Below are positions 47,547-57,141 of a DNA stretch of 64,000 nucleotides, piece by piece. The notes beneath the pieces are model-generated. The model was not told the origin of the DNA, ran no database searches, and saw only the letters and a list, made by a program, of their open reading frames with translations. The stretch spans positions 1,635-65,634 of the forward strand of contig JAHHTR010000001.1 of the NCBI GenBank assembly GCA_020024515.1. The letters are read 5' to 3'. Source of the stretch: Angelakisella sp. (GTDB lineage: Bacteria; Bacillota; Clostridia; Oscillospirales; Ruminococcaceae). The stretch's first letter is position 1, and every line of letters begins with the position of its first letter. The translations under genes were made by a program, and so were the position numbers.

Positions 47547-48065
47547 TTACTTAGTAGTCTTTGCTGTCAAGAACATTATCATACTGCGTCCTTCAAGTTT
47601 AGGCATCTTATCGACAGAACCAAACTCGGCACATGCATCGGCAAAATTCTTAAGTATTTCACCACCAAGTTCTGCGTGAGCCATCTCACGTCCACGAAAT
47701 CTTATTGTTACCTTAACTTTGTCACCACTTGTAAGAAAACGCTTAGCATGTGAAACTTTTGTTTCAAAATCGTGAGTATCAATATTTACTGAAAGTCTTA
47801 TTTCCTTAATATCAATTACCTTTTGATTTTTCTTAGCTTCTTTTTCTCTCTTTGTTTGCTCAAAACGATATTTGCCGTAGTTCATTATTTTACAAACAGG
47901 TGGTGTGGCTTGAGGAGCTATTTTTACTAAATCCAAATCGTTTTCAATAGCCATATTCAGAGCATTTGCAGTAAGCACTACTCCAAGTTGTTCTCCATCT
48001 ACACCGATAAGGCGTACTTCTTTGTCCTTAATCTCCTCGTTGATTTGCAGTTCTTTGTTGCTGAT
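47547..48065 (-). CDS. infC: Translation initiation factor IF-3, with non-canonical ATC start
   Basis: The track ORF (GTG 47978) lacks the conserved N-terminus. The frame stays open upstream through [29 protein letters not shown] to an in-frame TAA. The only plausible start is ATC (48065-48063), 7 nt after GGAGGTG. Confidence 0.85.
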   Translation of the reverse strand: MSNKELQINEEIKDKEVRLIGVDGEQLGVVLTANALNMAIENDLDLVKIAPQATPPVCKIMNYGKYRFEQTKREKEAKKNQKVIDIKEIRLSVNIDTHDFETKVSHAKRFLTSGDKVKVTIRFRGREMAHAELGGEILKNFADACAEFGSVDKMPKLEGRSMIMFLTAKTTK

Positions 48066-48085
48066 AGCAAAGCACCTCCATTTTT

Positions 48086-48128
48086 AAATAAATACAAAGT
48101 GCGAACAACTAATTAAAGCTGCTCGCAC
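48086..48128 (-). terminator. Leader terminator/attenuator upstream of infC (L20-leader-like)
   Basis: Minus-strand GUGCGAGCAGC-UUUAAUUA-GUUGUUCGCAC (11 bp including two G-U) followed by UUUGUAUUUAUUU. Lies between the promoter and the infC SD. Confidence 0.5.
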
Positions 48129-48232
48129 CACAAATCAACATAATTAAACGTATAAGTTTTAAAGATATTGACCGTACCAAAATAAAGTTCGATAGGTGAG
48201 AACAGATATTGTTCTACTTTGTTTACTGTAAC

Positions 48233-48260
48233 AGTATATCACATATTTTATACTTGTCAA
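48233..48260 (-). promoter_or_regulatory. Sigma-A promoter of the infC-rpmI-rplT operon (TTGACA-16 nt-TGaTATACT)
   Basis: On the minus strand, TTGACA (48260-48255), a 16-nt spacer, then an extended -10 TGATATACT ending at 48233. Confidence 0.5.
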
Positions 48261-48289
48261 GTCTTTTTAAAAAAAACCTCTCTTTTTAA

Positions 48290-49483
48290 TCAATTATCCA
48301 CTTTTTCTGCCGTTTTAAGCATATTTTCAATAAAAATACCATAACCACGTGTAGGATCATTTACAAAAACATGGGTAACCGCCCCCACAAGTTTTTCATC
48401 TTGAATTATCGGAGAGCCCGACATACCTTGAACTATTCCTCCTGCCTTTGCAAGTAGACGAGGATCAGTAACACGTATTACCATATTTTGTGTATTATCC
48501 TTATTTTTTTGTATCTTTTCTATTTGTATCGAATACTCCATTGGCCCTTCACCGTCAATGGTTGTAAGTACATATGCCTTACCTATCTTTATTTCATTGT
48601 TATAAGCAATAGGAAGCTCTCTACCTTTGTAAATATTGTTTCTTATTGTTCCGTAAATACCTGTTTCCGTGTTGATTTTTATTTCACCGATAGAGTTGTA
48701 GCCTTCAAACTTTCCTTTTAATTCACCGGGAGCACCGCTCTCACCTTTTTTGCAACCTGTAATGACCGTTCGCATTATGTCTCCGCTTTTTAGTGGCATA
48801 ACGTCACCTATATCAATATCACATACAGGGTGACCTAGCCCCGCAAATGTACCGCTGTTTTTATCAATAAATGTCATTATGCCAATACCGGCGGAGCTAT
48901 CTCTAACCCATATACCTACTCTATAAGCTTTGTCACCTACACTTTTGACGGGTTTTACACTTTTGTGCATAATATTGTCTTTTTTCTTAATGACAAAATC
49001 AAGCGCATTACCGTTACTGCTTTCTACAATACTGCCAAGCTGTTCATTTGAATGTATCTTTTTGCCATTAATCGACAAAACAATGTCTCCTATTTCTATT
49101 CCTGCTGTTTTTGCCGGGTTTATTCGGCCACTATCGGTGCATACATCTGTCATACCCACTACCATTAAGCCATTACTAATCATCTTTATACCAAAAGGCG
49201 CGCCGCTTACTGTAACTGTTTTTCGCTCAACAACATTGAGCGATACTGTCTTTATTGGTATTGTATTCAAAAAATAAACTTCTCTGTCTGTGCTTTTTTC
49301 TACTGTTTTTTTACAGTCCTTAAACGACAGGCAGGAAACAAAATTTATATCTTCGTCCTTTGTAACAGAAAAACTCTCCGGAGTTGTTATATTAAAATAT
49401 ACAATTCCAGAAAGCAAACAAATAATAATCAAATCCAGTATTGATACCAGAACTTTAACCGATTTATAAACATTTCTTTTCAT
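48290..49483 (-). CDS. spoIVB: SpoIVB peptidase (S55, sporulation signalling protease)
   Basis: N-terminal TM helix, PDZ region (GIEIGDIVLSINGKKI) and S55 core (...GIGIMTFIDKNSGTFAGLGHPV...IVQGMSGSPII...). Confidence 0.9.
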   Translation of the reverse strand: MKRNVYKSVKVLVSILDLIIICLLSGIVYFNITTPESFSVTKDEDINFVSCLSFKDCKKTVEKSTDREVYFLNTIPIKTVSLNVVERKTVTVSGAPFGIKMISNGLMVVGMTDVCTDSGRINPAKTAGIEIGDIVLSINGKKIHSNEQLGSIVESSNGNALDFVIKKKDNIMHKSVKPVKSVGDKAYRVGIWVRDSSAGIGIMTFIDKNSGTFAGLGHPVCDIDIGDVMPLKSGDIMRTVITGCKKGESGAPGELKGKFEGYNSIGEIKINTETGIYGTIRNNIYKGRELPIAYNNEIKIGKAYVLTTIDGEGPMEYSIQIEKIQKNKDNTQNMVIRVTDPRLLAKAGGIVQGMSGSPIIQDEKLVGAVTHVFVNDPTRGYGIFIENMLKTAEKVDN

Positions 49484-49580
49484 CTGTAAACCCTTTCACT
49501 TTATATTAATATATTATTAATGTTTCCATATATATTTTTATTATAACAGGCAATATATAAGTCAAGAATTTTACAAATTT

Positions 49581-50564
49581 TTACGAGCTTATAAAATCTG
49601 TATTTACAGTTATATTGAATTCAATATTTTCAGAGTTTTCCAATATTTCTTGATTTTTCCTTGAATGTCTTATAAATTTATACAATAAATTTTCCGTATA
49701 TTTTTCGTTTGTGTATTTCTCTGCTTTTTCTTTGAATTTATTTGCAACTTCAATTTTTATTTTTTTCAATTCACCTTTTTGTATGTTTTCGCGTATATAG
49801 GCAATCGGAGAAATAATAATATTTATTTTTACTGTATTGTCACTTTCTTTTAAAATTTCAGATGTGTACACAATATCTTTAATATCAATAATATTATTTT
49901 CTATATTAATTGTATATGGTTTAAATTTCAGTAATTCATTTGATATAAATTTAAAATCTTCTATATCAAGTACGGAAAAATCTTTATCACATACTCCGAT
50001 ATATTTACAATATATATTGTTATCGGTTGTTTTAATTATTGGTATTAATAAAGAATGTAAGTTATCTACGCAGTGCGATGATATTAAATATAACTCATTT
50101 CCTGTTCTAAAATTTATATTTTGTATATTTTTCAGTTTGCTTTGCAAAAAATCCATTGTTTTATCATTAATTGTATCAGTAAAAGAAAAAAACATATAGC
50201 TTTTCGGTGATATCGTCTTTATCTCTGCGAATTCTTTGCAAATGTTTTTTATAACATTTTTACTTGTTATGTTGTTTATTATAATATATTGCACAGATGA
50301 CAAAAGCACATTTTCATTTTCGGAAAATCTTATTTTCTCTATACATTCTTTTATCGTATCACCTTCTGTTGACATAATATTTCTCTGTATTTCTTTTTCA
50401 TTACTGTTTTTCTCTTTAATTACTATTTTTACTTCATATTTATTGTCATTTCGTGATACTTGTAAGATTTCGGCTGATTTAGTGTAATTTATAAAAACAT
50501 CACTGCAACCCACAAATAATAAAGACAATAGAAAAAAACAAATACAAATTATCTTTTTATACAT
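49581..50564 (-). CDS. Ger(x)C-family spore germination lipoprotein
   Basis: Lipoprotein signal (MYKKIICICFFLLSLLFVGC). 327 aa. Third gene after the GerA- and GerB-type genes, overlapping the GerB-type gene by 8 nt. Confidence 0.7.
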   Translation of the reverse strand: MYKKIICICFFLLSLLFVGCSDVFINYTKSAEILQVSRNDNKYEVKIVIKEKNSNEKEIQRNIMSTEGDTIKECIEKIRFSENENVLLSSVQYIIINNITSKNVIKNICKEFAEIKTISPKSYMFFSFTDTINDKTMDFLQSKLKNIQNINFRTGNELYLISSHCVDNLHSLLIPIIKTTDNNIYCKYIGVCDKDFSVLDIEDFKFISNELLKFKPYTINIENNIIDIKDIVYTSEILKESDNTVKINIIISPIAYIRENIQKGELKKIKIEVANKFKEKAEKYTNEKYTENLLYKFIRHSRKNQEILENSENIEFNITVNTDFISS

Positions 50565-51573
50565 CTTTATTACCTCTCTTTTTTAATATTTTCGTGGTTG
50601 TGATATAGATTAAAGGGAGTATTACAACACTCAAAATAAATACACACAAATGAACAGTTACAAGCATATTATAGCTAATGGTATTTAGTATAATGGCTGT
50701 TATAAAAGAAAACAACAAGAAAATAAACATCTTAACTGTTTTGTGTGAAATAGCAATCTTATTAAAATACTCAAAAGAAAAATTAAACATAAGAATACTT
50801 CTGATTGCACCGAGAGCTACCCAAATACAAAAAAACAGAGCCTGTACATTATCAATAAAAAATCCCCTTGTTATCTTTGCAAGTGCAAATGTCGGTATTT
50901 TGCTAAACTGTGCATACGAGCCAACACCTGCCACTATAAAAACAATGACAACAATACTTCCCAGAAAATTACTCAGCATAAGTAAAAAAATATCTTTCTT
51001 TTTTGCTGAAGGAAAAGTATATTTCATTAATTTTGCAAAGGTAATGATTTCAGCTGAAAACATCATATTTTCATATGTGGCAATGGCTGTCTCTCTAAAA
51101 GAAATATTAAATTCCAAAAGATTATAAAAATTAAGTTTCGGAAATACGGATATAATCAATACGCCAATAGCAAAAGCAATAAGACAAAACAGTATAAAAC
51201 CACCACGAATCAGTGCAGGTATACCCATTAATGAAACAAAAAAAGTTGCAAATAAAAAAATCGCCAAATAAAAATACAATAATTTTTTATCGTAGAATTC
51301 TATAACCGCAAATTTAGTGCATATCAAAGCGGAATATACACCAAATATCAAAAAATATAAAAACAGTATAGAATTACATATTTTTTCTGTAATATTACCC
51401 AAGGATTTTTCCTCAATATTCTCCCAAAACTTTACAAATAGAAGTATTAATGCAAATTTTATAATACTTGCAATCGCTGTTCCCATAATAACTGAACCTA
51501 TTTCTCTCGATGTTCCCGAACGAATTAACGACATAAAAAATCTCGAAGAAAATATCAGCAAAAATATATACAT
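50557..51573 (-). CDS. Spore germination receptor permease subunit (GerAB type)
   Basis: About 10 TM helices in a 338-aa ORF, placed between the GerAA-type and GerAC-type genes. The exact start is uncertain. Confidence 0.7.
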   Translation of the reverse strand: MYIFLLIFSSRFFMSLIRSGTSREIGSVIMGTAIASIIKFALILLFVKFWENIEEKSLGNITEKICNSILFLYFLIFGVYSALICTKFAVIEFYDKKLLYFYLAIFLFATFFVSLMGIPALIRGGFILFCLIAFAIGVLIISVFPKLNFYNLLEFNISFRETAIATYENMMFSAEIITFAKLMKYTFPSAKKKDIFLLMLSNFLGSIVVIVFIVAGVGSYAQFSKIPTFALAKITRGFFIDNVQALFFCIWVALGAIRSILMFNFSFEYFNKIAISHKTVKMFIFLLFSFITAIILNTISYNMLVTVHLCVFILSVVILPLIYITTTKILKKRGNKDV

Positions 51574-51645
51574 AGGTTTAAAATACGTTGTTGGTGATGT
51601 GTCAGTATTCTTAATAATATTTATAACTATTCATCTCCTGTTTTT

Positions 51646-53088
51646 TTAGTCTTTTGATATATTGTTGATTGTAAAATTATTGTTATTCAGTTTCTTAAAA
51701 CTTCTTCTGAATATCAAATCTTGCGAAAACTTTTTGCTGTATGGTGAAAATGGTGCAGTATATGGCACACCCATAAACTCTATTGAAGATATATTTATTA
51801 TCATTGCTATAACTCCGAGCGTAAGTCCCCAAAAGCCCGTTATCCCTGCAAAAAATATAAATATAAATCTAAGTATTGTTACAGGCTGATAAAGGTGTGT
51901 TACGGTAAATGAACAAATTGCGGTAACACCTGTAACAATAAGCATTGGAAGTCCAACAAGCCCAGCTGTTACCGCCGCATCACCTATAACAAGTCCACCT
52001 ACAACACTTATTGCGCTGCCGATAGGTTTTGGAAGCCTTAGTCCCGCTTCTCGCAAAAGCTCATACATTATAAGTATAAAAAAACTCTCCCACATAGGCG
52101 AAAGCGGTGTTTTCGCAACCGAAAACAGCATGTCATCAAATAAAACCGTCGGTATTAATTCGTGATGAAATGTCATAATTGCAACAAAAATTGACGGTAA
52201 AAGTATTGTGACACAAAAACTTATAATTTTGAGCGATCTTATAAACCAAGTATAAAAAGGACGATTGATATAATCATCAGGCGTTTGAAAATTATCAATA
52301 AACAAATACGGCAAAATAAGAGCGAAAGGTACGCCGTCTACTATTATACCCACCCTACCCTCACATAGTTTACTGCAAAGCGTATCAGGACGTTCTGTTT
52401 TACCGATTGGACTAAACAGCGAAACTTTATTTTTGCACAAAAAAGGCGATAAGTATGACGCACTGAAAACCGCTTTTAAATTTATATTTTGTAAATTCTC
52501 CTTTATTTCTTCTATCATTTTTGTTGTTACAAGGTCACTGCAATACAACATTTTTACGGAAGTATGACTTATACTGCCTATTGTCACTCCCTCAACTATC
52601 AAATTTTTTGATTTTAATTTTCGTCTTATAAGTGCAACAGAAGTCACTGCCGATTCATTGAAACTTTCTCGTGAACCATATAGAGTTTGCTCAATTTGCG
52701 GAGAATCTATACCACGTGTGCTAAATCCTTGAAAACCAAAAGCGAGACCTTTTTTAGAACCATCAATAAGCAATACTGCAAACCCACTCATTGAAAAATT
52801 ATATAATTGCTCCATAGTTTCAACTTCTTTTTTATCAGAAGCATTCATCATTTCATTTTTAAGTAAATCAAAAATATCATTACCCGTTTTTCCTCTATTT
52901 ATATCAGTAAGCGGTATCAGTAAAAGTTCTGTTACCTGTAAATTAGACACAAGCCCATCAAACATAACTATTGCACCATTTACACCATTCATTTTAAATT
53001 CTTGTATAACTAAATCTTGACTGTTTTTCAGTGTGTTTTTAATTTCTGATAAATTAATATTTAAAGAGGCATTAATATACATTTTCAT
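51646..53088 (-). CDS. Spore germination receptor subunit A (GerAA/GerKA type)
   Basis: 480 aa. Soluble N-domain plus a C-terminal TM bundle with GerA-family segments (...ERPDT...GRVGIIVDGVPFALILP..., ...FMGVPYTAPFSPY...). Confidence 0.85.
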   Translation of the reverse strand: MKMYINASLNINLSEIKNTLKNSQDLVIQEFKMNGVNGAIVMFDGLVSNLQVTELLLIPLTDINRGKTGNDIFDLLKNEMMNASDKKEVETMEQLYNFSMSGFAVLLIDGSKKGLAFGFQGFSTRGIDSPQIEQTLYGSRESFNESAVTSVALIRRKLKSKNLIVEGVTIGSISHTSVKMLYCSDLVTTKMIEEIKENLQNINLKAVFSASYLSPFLCKNKVSLFSPIGKTERPDTLCSKLCEGRVGIIVDGVPFALILPYLFIDNFQTPDDYINRPFYTWFIRSLKIISFCVTILLPSIFVAIMTFHHELIPTVLFDDMLFSVAKTPLSPMWESFFILIMYELLREAGLRLPKPIGSAISVVGGLVIGDAAVTAGLVGLPMLIVTGVTAICSFTVTHLYQPVTILRFIFIFFAGITGFWGLTLGVIAMIINISSIEFMGVPYTAPFSPYSKKFSQDLIFRRSFKKLNNNNFTINNISKD

Positions 53089-53174
53089 TATCCTTTTTAT
53101 TCATAGTATAGTTTCATCTTTTTTGATTAAAATAATAACATTACACTATTATTTTGAACAAAAGGTGGTTTTTT

Positions 53175-53849
53175 ATGCTTGTATCTTTACTTCGTACAAT
53201 AATTTTATACTTTATTATTGTATTTATAATTAGGCTAATGGGAAAAAGACAACTAGGCGAACTTCAACCTACCGAATTAATAATAACCATATTAATTTCA
53301 AATATTGCCACACTACCACTGGAAAATGTGGATACACCTCTATTTATGGGACTTATTCCCATTATGACACTTGTTATACTGGAAGTAATTATTTCTCAAA
53401 TAAATTTGCACTGCCCAAAATGTGCAAAAATATTTACAGGTAAAAGTATGGTAGTTATAAAAGACGGAAAAATCAATCAGGCAAAACTGAAAGAACTGAG
53501 AATTTCTCCTGAAGACCTACTTTTGCAGCTGCGGCAAGAAAAAATCTTTGACATAAGTCAAATTGAACTTGCCATTGTGGAAACTACCGGCAAACTCAGT
53601 GTATACGAAAAATATTTATATAGAAACGCAACGCCTGAGGACTTAAAATTGCAAGGTGACAAAAAACAAGATATTCCACCTATACCACTTATTATAAACG
53701 GTGCAATAAACAGTGAAAATTTAATGGTTACACAAAAAAATGAAAAATGGGTATATAATGAACTAAAAAAACAAAAAACAGACATAAAAGAAGTCTACAT
53801 TATGACAGTTGACAGTGACAATAAGTGTAATATAATAAAAAAATCTTAA
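53175..53849 (+). CDS. DUF421 (YetF-like) membrane protein
   Basis: MLVSLLRTIILYFIIVFIIRLMGKRQLGELQPTELIITILIS... is the typical DUF421 N-terminus. Start at ATG 53175 after AAAGGTGG. Confidence 0.8.
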   Translation: MLVSLLRTIILYFIIVFIIRLMGKRQLGELQPTELIITILISNIATLPLENVDTPLFMGLIPIMTLVILEVIISQINLHCPKCAKIFTGKSMVVIKDGKINQAKLKELRISPEDLLLQLRQEKIFDISQIELAIVETTGKLSVYEKYLYRNATPEDLKLQGDKKQDIPPIPLIINGAINSENLMVTQKNEKWVYNELKKQKTDIKEVYIMTVDSDNKCNIIKKS

Positions 53850-53853
53850 AAAG

Positions 53854-54252
53854 GTGGTAATAAAAATTAAAAGATTTTATACTGCAATTATCCTATTTGT
53901 AGCAATATTGAGCCTGTCGGTTATTTCTCTTTTCAATTTTCGCTCAAACTATCAAAAACTTATGACCGATACGGAAAATATAAAAAGTACTGTTGTCAAT
54001 GATATTATTGACAGCAAATCCGTATACAAATATACTGAAAATTTAAAAAAGAACTGGGAAAATGCCGAAAAATATTTTGTAATATACTTTAATCACAATG
54101 ACTTGCACGATATACAAATAATGATTTCACAACTTAACGCAATGCTTGATTATGAAGAATACGGTGAATTTTTTGCAAGAGTGGATTCCATAGAAAGTTC
54201 ACTTGATGAACTTAAATTTAACACTTATCCTTGTCTTAAAAATTTACTTTAA
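53854..54252 (+). CDS. DUF4363-like small membrane-anchored protein
   Basis: N-terminal TM helix, about 130 aa. The usual partner immediately downstream of DUF421 genes in Clostridia. Start codon uncertain. Confidence 0.6.
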   Translation: MVIKIKRFYTAIILFVAILSLSVISLFNFRSNYQKLMTDTENIKSTVVNDIIDSKSVYKYTENLKKNWENAEKYFVIYFNHNDLHDIQIMISQLNAMLDYEEYGEFFARVDSIESSLDELKFNTYPCLKNLL

Positions 54253-54480
54253 TTATATATACAAACATTTGTATATATTTGTGCAAAATATATATAAGAA
54301 ATTATTATAATTTGCATATACTATATTTAGTGACAAAATTATTAAAAACTTGTTAATATGTAAAGAAAACTATTTACAGACAAAAAATTATATAGTATAA
54401 TGGACACATATAAATTTTTAATATAATTTGTATACACATTATATTATTCTTTTTTTTGAAGAAAGAAAGGTATATATTTT

Positions 54481-55017
54481 ATGTGGACAAAAGCGCTTGA
54501 AGAAGAATACATTAAATGTATTTATGATTTAATACAAAATCCTTTAATTCAGGAAATGGATAATATTGAACAACATATTGATGATATGTCTTGTCTTGAC
54601 CACAGTATATATGTTTCCGCAATAAGTTTTGCACTGTGCAAAAAATGGAAACTAAATGCAAGAGCGGTGGCACGCGCCGGTCTGCTACACGATTTATACT
54701 TGCTTAATTGGGACGAGGATACAGATTTTTCTCAATGGGAAAGGCTTACCAGACACCCACAAATCGCACTGGACAATGCAAAAAAAAATTTCGATTTAAC
54801 AGAGCTTGAACAAGATATAATTTCAAAACATATGTGGCCTTTGACTATTACAAAAATGCCAAAATATAAGGAATCTATGATTGTGAATATAGTAGATACA
54901 GCTTGTGCATTAGCTGAATTTACACACACTTACAAAACCAAAAAGATATTGGGTTTACTTACAAGACTAAATAGACGCAGGTTTTTAACCCACAATCAAA
55001 CCGTTCAAACAAATTAA
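54481..55017 (+). CDS. HD-domain phosphohydrolase
   Basis: ...LDHSIYVSAISFALCKK...ARAGLLHDLYL... contains the H...HD motif. Confidence 0.75.
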   Translation: MWTKALEEEYIKCIYDLIQNPLIQEMDNIEQHIDDMSCLDHSIYVSAISFALCKKWKLNARAVARAGLLHDLYLLNWDEDTDFSQWERLTRHPQIALDNAKKNFDLTELEQDIISKHMWPLTITKMPKYKESMIVNIVDTACALAEFTHTYKTKKILGLLTRLNRRRFLTHNQTVQTN

Positions 55018-55071
55018 TTTAGCCATCTTCTAAAAATTTTTTCATAAATCTTCTTTTTTATGGTTGCAAAA

Positions 55072-55125
55072 GTAACCTAACAAAAAAGCTCAACTCTAAT
55101 GGGTTGAGCTTTTTTGTTAGGTTAC
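55072..55125. terminator. Bidirectional terminator between the HD gene and larC
   Basis: 23-bp perfect inverted repeat GTAACCTAACAAAAAAGCTCAAC / GTTGAGCTTTTTTGTTAGGTTAC with an 8-nt loop. The right arm includes the larC stop codon. Confidence 0.7.
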
Positions 55126-56369
55126 TTTATTTCGCTGAGTACATCTGCAATAGATACATTATATATACTTGCAGCTTGCTTTACATCTTCATATTCAGCC
55201 TTTTCTTTATTGATACCATAACCATATCCACATTTTATGCGTATTGAACCGTATTTTGTCTCTGCTGTACGCATTTTATATGATAATATATTACGATTAC
55301 AAATTTTGAAACGTACACCCAGTGTAGTTGTATGTTTGAGTAAAAGTTTTGTCATACGCTCTTGATCTTCGAGTCGGCACAGGCAAGTAAGCATATATGC
55401 AGGACGGCTTTTTTTCATAACTATCGGTGTTGCAAATATATCAAGTGCCTTTTCTTCCATTAATTTATCAATCGCAAAGCCAATAGTCTCAGGTGTCATA
55501 TCGTCTAAGTTACAGCTTAATTCTACTATTTCATCATGTCCTTCACTCTCTGAACTCAAAAATACCCGTACACAATTTGCAACTTCAAAATCTTTGTTAC
55601 CCATTCCGTATCCGATTTTTTCAGTAGTCATAACAGGCATTGAGCCGAATTTCTGCACAAAATGTTTAAGAACAGCCGCACCTGTCGGTGTACAAAGTTC
55701 TCCCTTAATATTTCCACTATATGTAGGCACTCCCATTAAAATATGCGCTGTTGCAGGTGCAGGAACAGGCAAAACTCCATGTGCACAATGTACAAAACCA
55801 CTGCCGACATGTATAGGTGATGCAAGTATTGATGAAACATCAAGTTTATTGATAAGTAAACAGCAACCAACAACATCTGCCACAGCATCAAGTGAACCTA
55901 CTTCATGAAAATGTATTTGCTCGATTGACGTATTGTGTACAAACGACTCCGCCTCACCAATTAATTTATATACATCAATAGCATCTGCCTTGACTTTTTC
56001 AGGTAAATCCAACTTTTCTATTACATCACAAATATCATGATAACTATAATGATGATGACTGTGTTCATTATTATGTGTGTGATCGTGACTGTTGGTATGC
56101 TCGTGGTGATGGTGATGATGAGATTCTATATGTTCTAAATCCGCATCTTCACTATGTTCTTCTTGTTCATCAACTAAAACTGAAATGTGACTTCCATATA
56201 TACCGCATTTCTGCACAGCTTTACAAGAAAGCTTTATGTTGTCAAGTCCCAGACTATTCATCTTATTCAAAAAATCTTGTTTATCTGTTTCTGATAACAA
56301 ATCATACAGTGCAGACATAAGCATATCGCCTGCCGCACCCATATTACATTCTAGGTAAAGTGTTCTCAT
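55122..56369 (-). CDS. larC: LarC, nickel-pincer cofactor nickel-insertion protein (DUF111), single ORF with His-rich tract
   Basis: MRTLYLECNMGAAGDMLMSAL is the DUF111/LarC N-terminus. His-rich insert HIESHHHHHHEHTNSHDHTHNNEHSHHHYSYHD. Start at ATG 56369, 8 nt after AGGAG. Confidence 0.85.
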   Translation of the reverse strand: MRTLYLECNMGAAGDMLMSALYDLLSETDKQDFLNKMNSLGLDNIKLSCKAVQKCGIYGSHISVLVDEQEEHSEDADLEHIESHHHHHHEHTNSHDHTHNNEHSHHHYSYHDICDVIEKLDLPEKVKADAIDVYKLIGEAESFVHNTSIEQIHFHEVGSLDAVADVVGCCLLINKLDVSSILASPIHVGSGFVHCAHGVLPVPAPATAHILMGVPTYSGNIKGELCTPTGAAVLKHFVQKFGSMPVMTTEKIGYGMGNKDFEVANCVRVFLSSESEGHDEIVELSCNLDDMTPETIGFAIDKLMEEKALDIFATPIVMKKSRPAYMLTCLCRLEDQERMTKLLLKHTTTLGVRFKICNRNILSYKMRTAETKYGSIRIKCGYGYGINKEKAEYEDVKQAASIYNVSIADVLSEIK

Positions 56370-57129
56370 TTTTTTCACTCCTTTTTATATGATTAATCAT
56401 ACTTGCTTGGTAGGCTGCACCAAAACCATTATCAATGTTGACAACACTAACTCCGCTTGCACACGAATTTAACATTGACAGTAGTGCAGATACTCCTCCA
56501 AAATTTGCACCATAACCAATACTGGTGGGTACAGCAATTATGGGACAATCTGCCAACCCACCTATGACACTTGCAAGTGCTCCTTCCATTCCTGCTACTA
56601 CAATTATTACACGTGCCGACATTATAACATCCATTTTAGAAAGTAAGCGGTGTATTCCCGAAACACCGACATCGTATAATCTTTCTACACAATTTCCCAA
56701 AAATTCAGCAGTAATTACAGCTTCCTCAGCCACAGGTATATCACTTGTACCAGCAGTTGCTACTACAATAACTCCGTCTGTATCACATAAATTTTTTTCG
56801 CCTACAATTCCTATTTGCGATACCTTATCATAAATAAGTGGCACAAATTTTTCCACTTCTTGTGCCTTTTCGGGGGTCATTCGTGTAATTAATATACCTA
56901 AAACACCTTCTTTGAGCATTGCAGAAGTAATCCCTACTATTTGCTCTGCTGTTTTACCACTACCGTAAATAACCTCATGTGAACCTTGTCGTATTGCCCT
57001 ATGGTAATCTATCTTTGCATATCCTAAGTCTTCAAACGGACTTAGTTTCAAATTCAAAAGAGCTTGCTCTGGGGAGATGGCACCGTTTTTAACTTGTTTT
57101 AATAATGCAAGAATATTATCTCTTTCCAT
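56344..57129 (-). CDS. larB: LarB, nickel-pincer cofactor biosynthesis carboxylase/hydrolase (AIR-carboxylase-like)
   Basis: 261 aa, ...DYHRAIRQGSHEVIYGSGKT...IVVATAGTSDIPVAEEA...VVAGMEGALASVIGGL... PurE-like fold motifs and lar gene context. Confidence 0.85.
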   Translation of the reverse strand: MERDNILALLKQVKNGAISPEQALLNLKLSPFEDLGYAKIDYHRAIRQGSHEVIYGSGKTAEQIVGITSAMLKEGVLGILITRMTPEKAQEVEKFVPLIYDKVSQIGIVGEKNLCDTDGVIVVATAGTSDIPVAEEAVITAEFLGNCVERLYDVGVSGIHRLLSKMDVIMSARVIIVVAGMEGALASVIGGLADCPIIAVPTSIGYGANFGGVSALLSMLNSCASGVSVVNIDNGFGAAYQASMINHIKRSEKNENTLPRM

Positions 57130-57141
57130 TCTATGTCCACC

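Noticed and set aside
49581-53088. AT-rich gerA-type operon considered as a horizontally acquired or novel receptor
   Set aside because: This is a standard three-gene A-B-C germinant receptor beside spoIVB. Low GC is usual for these membrane-protein genes, and nothing structural sets it apart.
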